64,000 bases of DNA, from the IMG/VR virus record IMGVR_UViG_3300031992_000075, one strand, 5' to 3'. The position numbers were made by a program, and so were the translations under genes. Positions 59,201-64,000 of the stretch are shown piece after piece (within the stretch, counting starts at the first letter, position 1; every line of letters starts with the position of its first letter). The DNA comes from an uncultured virus (IMG/VR IMGVR_UViG_3300031992_000075). Lineage: Duplodnaviria > Heunggongvirae > Uroviricota > Caudoviricetes. The notes beneath the pieces were generated by a model that saw only the letters and a list, made by a program, of their open reading frames with translations, was not told the DNA's origin and did no database searches.

Positions 59201-61747
59201 TAAAGATTCATTATCATTAACAGCACCTTTAGTTAAGAAGCTGATACGCTGGTCTAATGTGACGTCAAACAAAGCTGCAAGTTCACCTTTAATTTCTGGG
59301 TTTTTTGCTTTTATTTGTGCCTTTACCCGTTCTAGAATTTCCTTTATTTGTAATGGGTCTTTAATGTTGTAAGCATCAAGAAAGTTTTTAATGCTTTGCG
59401 CTGTTACCTCTATTTCATCCCTGTATTCTTTAAATCCAATTCCAAGGTCGGCATTAACCATGCCTTCTTTTGTGAACATTGACATTTTTCCACCAATGCC
59501 ACCTAATTCTTCTTTAAAATCTTTAAGGTCACTGACAAGTCCTTCGCCAAAAGCACCCCAAAGCCAAGAATCCGAAGTTATCTTGATTGTGTCATCGCGC
59601 AAATCTTGTAATGCTGCTTGCGATTTTTGTATCTGTTCAACATAATTAAAACCAACACGAACACGTTCGTTGATGTCATCTATTTGCAATAGTTTGGCAA
59701 TAAGACTACTGCTTGACATTGCTGATTGTTCTATTTGTTCACGAATTGTTTCCCAAGCTTTCTCTCCTTGTTCTGCAGACAACTGGTTTTCTCTTGCAAG
59801 TTTAAGCGTCGCTTTGTTTCCTCTATTGCTAAGAAATTCCAAGTTTGACCTTGATGCTTCGTCTGCTCCTTTTTTTATTTCTTCGTTTAATTCTGCTACA
59901 GCTTTTTTGGCTTGATTTGCTTGTCCTACTAAATCAAATACAACAGCACCTATTGCAAAAAGCCAATTAAATGGATTAAAGGCGAGTGATTTTAATGTTG
60001 AAAACAAACCTCTCATTAATGTCCTTAATCTTACCACTTGTTTGCTAGTGCTAACAAGGTTTTTGTTTAAAGCGTTCCCTGCTGAAATAGATGCAATTTG
60101 AACAACTTTTAACACACCAAAAGATAAGACAAGTGACTTAATAATTCTGTCAAGCGTCGACCAATTTTGTAGCAAAAGTTTAAGACCCTTGATTGGTGCA
60201 ACAAGTAGCCCTTGATTGCTTTTACCTACTTCATTAAGCATATTGTTCCATGCTAAAGTAAGGTTGGCCATTTGCACACGCAGTGTTTCAGCCTGCCTAG
60301 CTTGGAATTGGAAGAATTTTCCACCCTCATCGGTCATGCTGTTTAACACGGCCATTACATCGGAATAGGACACCATCTTCTTGCTCATCCTATCATACAC
60401 CTCTCCAGTTGTAACAATTCTTCCCTCTAGGTCGCTGTATCTATCTGCCAAGGCCGATACGATAGGCAAGCCAGCATTGGCAAAGTCACGGGCATCACGG
60501 GCGGTAAGTACGGTTTGTGCGCGTATCTGTCCTAAGTTGTATGTCAAACGCTCCATTGGAACACCCAAGGCAGCTGAAATATCAGCCAATCTTCGTGTTG
60601 TATCAACAACTTCTTTGGCCGCAAAATTATAAGCAGTAAGTTGCTTTGCTGCACCTGCAAGTTCCATCAGCGTGAATGGTGATTCAATTGCCATTTGGTT
60701 TAATTGTTGGAACATCAAAGAACCACGTTCAAAAGAATTAACAAGAATGCCTAATGAACGTTCAAGCAATTCGTATTGGCCACGAATCTCGTATATCTGC
60801 TTTGTGAAAGATGTAATAGCACCTAAAGTAAGGGCATAAACAACACGATTACGGATATAGCCAAAGGATTGAGCCAAATAATTGTTAGCATGCGTCTGTT
60901 GAATGCTTTGACCCATTAACTTTGCCTGTTGTTCTTTCAGTTCTCTATATGCTTTGCTTAGAGCATTTACTTGTTCTGTGTTTTTAGGGTCTATTTGTAC
61001 ACGTTTTAATTCACGTAGTTTTCTTGCCACGGCTTCAATACTAGACTCGTCCATACCCAAAACGTCTTTCAACGTTTTTGGGGATTTTTCTTTTAAGCGA
61101 GCAATGGCTCTTTCGGTTCGTGCAATAGCAGAATTGACTTTTTCAACTTTCTCGCCAGCAGTTATACCTTGCACGTTCAAGAAATGAGCAAGGTCTTTAA
61201 GTCGGTTAAGTTTTCTTTCGGCTTCGGCAAGATTGCCAGTATCAATTTTCATTGCTTCGCCATACTTTCGATTAAACATTAAATCGAATTTCTTGGCACT
61301 ATCACGGGTAACGCTATCAAGCAAGTCTTTTTGTCGTGCTATTTTGTCATTTTGAGATTGCAATGCAGCATCGGTAAGCTCCATTTCTTTACGCTTACGT
61401 TGTTCTGCTTTGATACTTTCTTCCAAAGCCCCTACGGTATTCGGCGCATAGGCACTACCACCAGCTCCGCCACCAGTAGTACCACCCCTACCAGTTGCCG
61501 CAGATTCAGCAGCCACCATAGCATCAAAAGACTTAGACATCTTTCGCCATGCCTCTTGCATCAAGTCTACGCCAACCTTTTGAGATATGGCGAAGTCTTT
61601 CATTGCAAGCTTCATCTTATCCAACCCTTGCGTGAATGATTCAGCCATAGTGTCAGTTTTTTTACCAACAAACTTAACCAAATCCTCTATAGTTTTTCTT
61701 AACTCTGTGTCTTTAAGACTACCAACAATGATAACATCATCTGCCAT
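56273..61747 (-). CDS. tail tape measure protein
   Basis: 1824 aa helical; SPF...EL..AAKQL.AY.F....V.DT..RL.D.SA.LGV...RL..NLGQI tape-measure motif; C-terminal GIQGITEDTA. Confidence 0.95.
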   Translation of the reverse strand: MADDVIIVGSLKDTELRKTIEDLVKFVGKKTDTMAESFTQGLDKMKLAMKDFAISQKVGVDLMQEAWRKMSKSFDAMVAAESAATGRGGTTGGGAGGSAYAPNTVGALEESIKAEQRKRKEMELTDAALQSQNDKIARQKDLLDSVTRDSAKKFDLMFNRKYGEAMKIDTGNLAEAERKLNRLKDLAHFLNVQGITAGEKVEKVNSAIARTERAIARLKEKSPKTLKDVLGMDESSIEAVARKLRELKRVQIDPKNTEQVNALSKAYRELKEQQAKLMGQSIQQTHANNYLAQSFGYIRNRVVYALTLGAITSFTKQIYEIRGQYELLERSLGILVNSFERGSLMFQQLNQMAIESPFTLMELAGAAKQLTAYNFAAKEVVDTTRRLADISAALGVPMERLTYNLGQIRAQTVLTARDARDFANAGLPIVSALADRYSDLEGRIVTTGEVYDRMSKKMVSYSDVMAVLNSMTDEGGKFFQFQARQAETLRVQMANLTLAWNNMLNEVGKSNQGLLVAPIKGLKLLLQNWSTLDRIIKSLVLSFGVLKVVQIASISAGNALNKNLVSTSKQVVRLRTLMRGLFSTLKSLAFNPFNWLFAIGAVVFDLVGQANQAKKAVAELNEEIKKGADEASRSNLEFLSNRGNKATLKLARENQLSAEQGEKAWETIREQIEQSAMSSSSLIAKLLQIDDINERVRVGFNYVEQIQKSQAALQDLRDDTIKITSDSWLWGAFGEGLVSDLKDFKEELGGIGGKMSMFTKEGMVNADLGIGFKEYRDEIEVTAQSIKNFLDAYNIKDPLQIKEILERVKAQIKAKNPEIKGELAALFDVTLDQRISFLTKGAVNDNESLWNMFIERLRNNYSSAFSDITSEWVKSNENLTSLQNKAVLDNLAYFKSTMPYYYDTIAAMVNDASQLKVRIGVEFNVKQLTDFQEEVQNRIKEKGIVNFTANDLLPSDNDLLPSYVDKLQKAIKSAREENKNYERDDSEYSKRQIRDNNIKIQQAETILDLFNQPYEKEKKSGNKQQKDLLGDALAKEIQYITDIQKRFKDYQKMGVDAQTALTLATDEYGKSIIRNNVILQKYGFKTLSSEQLANMPLQNIRDFYKEQINGAGASTKGVEALEKAIANLNVEITKIDYKKITDGLNNELGKLKEEYELAVELDANPEMGNLFAEMFDIDTNSLPQNIDELAKLTVEAFNRSFEKQKKGFRLETMFLTDDDLKAYKEESEKEIGAIAQADYEAIEKSTKAIRGMREKQAQDTLKKTQELEYKLADTNGKIAIEEKKLSELQIKYQKETNDGKKKLLELHIQDQKNAIDKLKEEVLQLLPTYKNLFNSIVDHSAVVTRKIAEQWEKALESAVKNPDGTFTITDPHSGEKATISERQYGKELDRVNGKLRETQNNFAKIKEAFTKGEDGIVDWVQGLNLVAEEAQKAAQGLREIANIADELGASEEDTETINDIANSLEGLSTAAQGIGQFASGDYIGGTINAIKGTWQAISTWFDNKNKHIDRQIEQSKFKVQELELAYKKLEYAASKALGTEETQARRESVAVKEQELLELERQLALEQQKDYKKSSDRREQEERIQGYLDSIESLRQEIQDAKEDIVNNLFGEDVKSAAEAFVDTWVQAWQAGETTLDAVEEKMNDMIVNLIKKAMTSKIVEKLLTPLYKELDRMTDVNSAGGEELTVYELRQLAQDAGITAQEINTALGEFYGNLESLGVSIKGGEGTKELSALQQGIQGITEDTAGALESYMNIVSQRIFEQNQYLLEIRDHVASLEFDVQLGTLSQMLLQLQQSYTVQLAIQGILDGVLNPSGRAFVVELNS

Positions 61748-61780
61748 ATCTTTTTGTAGTGTATTTATATGTTGAACAAC

Positions 61781-62170
61781 TTATTTCTTTTGCTTCTTTT
61801 TCTTTTCCTGACGAACAGGTATTTCTATTTCCTCACCCATTTTTAGATTTTTGTTTGCGCCTAATCCAGACATAAACGATTCCAACTTTTGATTAGCCTC
61901 ATAAGCCTCTTTGTAACCATTCCAAACTTTCTTGTCTACGCCTTTTAGGTATTTCGTATGCGTGTTATCTACAGCTAAAAACTGAATTTGGGCAATGGAT
62001 AATCTATATAGATAATCATCTAGGTTGTACTGGGTGAAAACCTTTAGGAAGTCGCTTGCGTCTGCAATGATTGTGCTTCCGTAAATAGTGATGCTGTCTC
62101 CTCCGATTTCTTCTTCCGCATCAGCAGAGAATCGGAAAGCGTACTCACCGATTTTTTGAGTAAAAAAAAA
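61781..62170 (-). CDS. tail assembly chaperone GT-type extension (-1 frame)
   Basis: Open -1 frame from the T9 slippery run to 34 nt before the TMP start. Confidence 0.75.
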   Translation of the reverse strand, partial: FFFTQKIGEYAFRFSADAEEEIGGDSITIYGSTIIADASDFLKVFTQYNLDDYLYRLSIAQIQFLAVDNTHTKYLKGVDKKVWNGYKEAYEANQKLESFMSGLGANKNLKMGEEIEIPVRQEKKKKQKK

Positions 62171-62631
62171 CCAGACAGGTCTATGGACTTGATAGCACCA
62201 AGGATAATAGCTGCCCATTGGTTTGTGTCAAAGGTGCTATTCATAACCTTTGCTTTCATAATGGAAATCATCTTGTCATTCCGTGACATAACACTATCCA
62301 CATCATCGTATGTGTGTATGTCATCTGGTGTGAACCTATGGTTGCATAAGACAATGGCCATTATTTCACACATCGCATCCAAATCGGTACACAAGGCCAT
62401 TAAAATCTTATTGTCCGTGTCCAAGGATTCATCCATCTTGCGCATTTCCATGACAAGCCTACAGATTCGGTATAAAGCATAATAACGCATGTTCTTAACA
62501 GCGTATTCTTTGTTGCCTATCTTTACCAGTGATGGGGAATCGCTAATGATGTCAAGAATATCTCGCTTTACATCTACCGAAAAATCCTCTAGTTCGTTAC
62601 TTATCTTATCTTTGGTGTCTTTTTTTGCCAT
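62044..62631 (-). CDS. tail assembly chaperone (G-type)
   Basis: Between tail tube and TMP; start MAKKD; contains GGT TTT TTT TTA. Confidence 0.8.
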   Translation of the reverse strand: MAKKDTKDKISNELEDFSVDVKRDILDIISDSPSLVKIGNKEYAVKNMRYYALYRICRLVMEMRKMDESLDTDNKILMALCTDLDAMCEIMAIVLCNHRFTPDDIHTYDDVDSVMSRNDKMISIMKAKVMNSTFDTNQWAAIILGAIKSIDLSGFFLLKKSVSTLSDSLLMRKKKSEETASLFTEAQSLQTQATS

Positions 62632-62659
62632 AGCCATCCATAACATTTGATTTGTGAAC

Positions 62660-62700
62660 AAAAAGGGCGTTTACAGGGCTTACCCCTATAAAACGCCCCT
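62660..62700 (-). terminator. terminator after tail tube gene
   Basis: GGGCGTTTTATAGGG-loop-CCCTGTAAACGCCC followed by TTTTT on the minus strand. Confidence 0.7.
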
Positions 62701-62743
62701 ACGTTCAACTATTATGACAGAATCCTTGTAAGTGTTCTATCTT

Positions 62744-63256
62744 TTACTCGCCCATGTCGCCCACAATCTTGTACATGTGGTCGTGCTGCTGGGAATCGGT
62801 GTAAACCAGTGCGGTAATAGTCACGCTGTAGTTAAGAGCGCCATCAGCATCCTTTTTCAAAGTACCAATGGTAAGACCCTTGTAGATAACCAGTGAGCCA
62901 AAGCCACGTCCAAAATCCAGCTTCCATTCCTTTTCGGAAGTGTGAGCCGCAGCAGCGCCCTCGTACACCTCCGCCGTAGTGCTTGTTCCTGCGGTGTAAG
63001 TACCACCGAAGATGGGAGAAAGTTCGGACAGGTCATAGTTGGCCAGTTCAAACGTCATCGTAACTGGGTTGCCTTGGTAGAAGATGTCAAACGGGGCATC
63101 ATAGAATTCGGCTTCAATCTCTGTTGAATCGGGTTCGTCCTGTGCAATGGTAAGACCACGCAGAACGCCCATAAACCTAGTGTATTCAACATTGTCAGCT
63201 GAACCAACGGCACGATAGCCCAAACCAATAGGCTTCAAAGTTGTTTTCTTTGCCAT
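62744..63256 (-). CDS. major tail (tube) protein
   Basis: 170 aa, beta-rich acidic, C-ending codon bias, position before chaperone/TMP. Confidence 0.8.
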   Translation of the reverse strand: MAKKTTLKPIGLGYRAVGSADNVEYTRFMGVLRGLTIAQDEPDSTEIEAEFYDAPFDIFYQGNPVTMTFELANYDLSELSPIFGGTYTAGTSTTAEVYEGAAAAHTSEKEWKLDFGRGFGSLVIYKGLTIGTLKKDADGALNYSVTITALVYTDSQQHDHMYKIVGDMGE

Positions 63257-63302
63257 AACTTATTCCTTTCTTTTAATTGTTTATTTTTTTTACTATATAC
63301 TT

Positions 63303-63749
63303 TTATTGTTCCAGTTCGCCATCCATAATCACCAAAAATGATTTAATGTAGACGTGATATTGGTTTCCTTGTTGTGTGGTTTCTACCGTGTCTATAGAAA
63401 GAACATCGTCACCACTGATATAATACGCTTGGCTAGTTTCATTGTGTATTGCATTGTTCACAACTTCATTTATGGACGTCTCAAAAGCCTTGTACAAGGT
63501 TTTGTTCAGTCGCCCTTTTGTTCTTTGTGGCACAAATGCGGTAATGGTGCATCGAACAGAGCCAAAAGCATCAAAGTCAAACTCCGAATTATTGTTCATG
63601 TTGCCAACATTTAACACCACGAATCCATCCTTTGTGTCGGAATCGGTTGTTTCCGTAGGCTCACCCATTCGGTAAACATTCTTGGTTACAACATCATACA
63701 CAAGGTTGTAAAGATAGTCGTATATGTCAATTCTTGACTCGTTGAACAT
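63303..63749 (-). CDS. tail terminator/completion-like protein
   Basis: 148 aa immediately upstream of tail tube gene. Confidence 0.55.
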   Translation of the reverse strand: MFNESRIDIYDYLYNLVYDVVTKNVYRMGEPTETTDSDTKDGFVVLNVGNMNNNSEFDFDAFGSVRCTITAFVPQRTKGRLNKTLYKAFETSINEVVNNAIHNETSQAYYISGDDVLSIDTVETTQQGNQYHVYIKSFLVIMDGELEQ

Positions 63750-63774
63750 CGTCGTTGTTTCTTTTGTTTTCTTT

Positions 63775-63999
63775 TTAATACTTCGGCTGGTTTACATGGA
63801 ATGTAACATGACACAATGGTGTAAGCGTGCGTTTGATTTCATCATAACGTTGTGACATCACATTGAACTGATACCTCTTTCCATGAAACGTAAATCCACC
63901 CTCTAGGTATGCGCCATAAGGTGCAACTGCTGCAAACACTATTTCCCATCCTTTTGTTTCGGCGGGTTGGTATTCGTTGACAAACTTTTGTGCTAACGC
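63775..63999 (-). CDS. HK97 gp10-like neck/tail completion protein (5'-truncated)
   Basis: ...IVFAAVAPYGAYLEGG...NQPKY*. Confidence 0.55.
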   Translation of the reverse strand, partial: ALAQKFVNEYQPAETKGWEIVFAAVAPYGAYLEGGFTFHGKRYQFNVMSQRYDEIKRTLTPLCHVTFHVNQPKY

Positions 64000-64000
64000 A

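Noticed and set aside
1..64000. Stop-codon reassignment (code 15 or 25) suggested by in-frame stops
   Set aside because: The interruptions involve all three stops once each, long genes are intact in code 11, and TAG/TGA end many genes, including ATGA overlaps.
1..64000. tRNA/tmRNA/rRNA genes
   Set aside because: No convincing cloverleaf with T-loop GTTCRA found in intergenic gaps by eye; tRNAscan-SE would settle it.
1..64000. Integrase, CI repressor, lysis, capsid and terminase large subunit genes
   Set aside because: None recognisable; probably outside the window, so lifestyle cannot be determined here.

Overview
A 64-kb segment of a tailed dsDNA phage (siphovirus-like, 1824-aa tape measure) of a Bacteroidota host, probably Prevotella-like. 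The host call rests on about a dozen TAnnTTTG/-33 TTTG promoters, AT-rich starts without Shine-Dalgarno motifs, and DUF4494/DUF3127-type genes. Layout: tail/fibre genes (+, 1-6216) ending in a receptor-binding protein with a DGR-type variable region but no TR/RT in the window; an uncharacterised Gly-rich/CCC operon (+, 6.5-10 kb); a long minus-strand block (10-43 kb) with RusA, beta-clamp, RecT/YqaJ, SSB, a ThyX-like gene carrying an in-frame HNH-AP2 insertion, a serine recombinase, a MoxR-type AAA+/vWA-like pair and many small shuffled genes; a 2.3-kb non-coding divergence region (43.0-45.3 kb); a plus-strand replication block (MazG-like, MTase, HNH, initiator, primase-helicase); and a minus-strand tail block (TMP, chaperones with -1 frameshift, tail tube). 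The most unusual signals are non-coding: six same-strand dispersed hairpins with a conserved loop, a ~450-nt structured leader RNA before the AAA+ gene, four promoter+pseudoknot leaders before nuclease/HTH genes, an iteron array beside a tandem-HTH gene, and gene arrays sharing identical start/junction sequences. All product calls come from motif recognition by eye; no searches were run.
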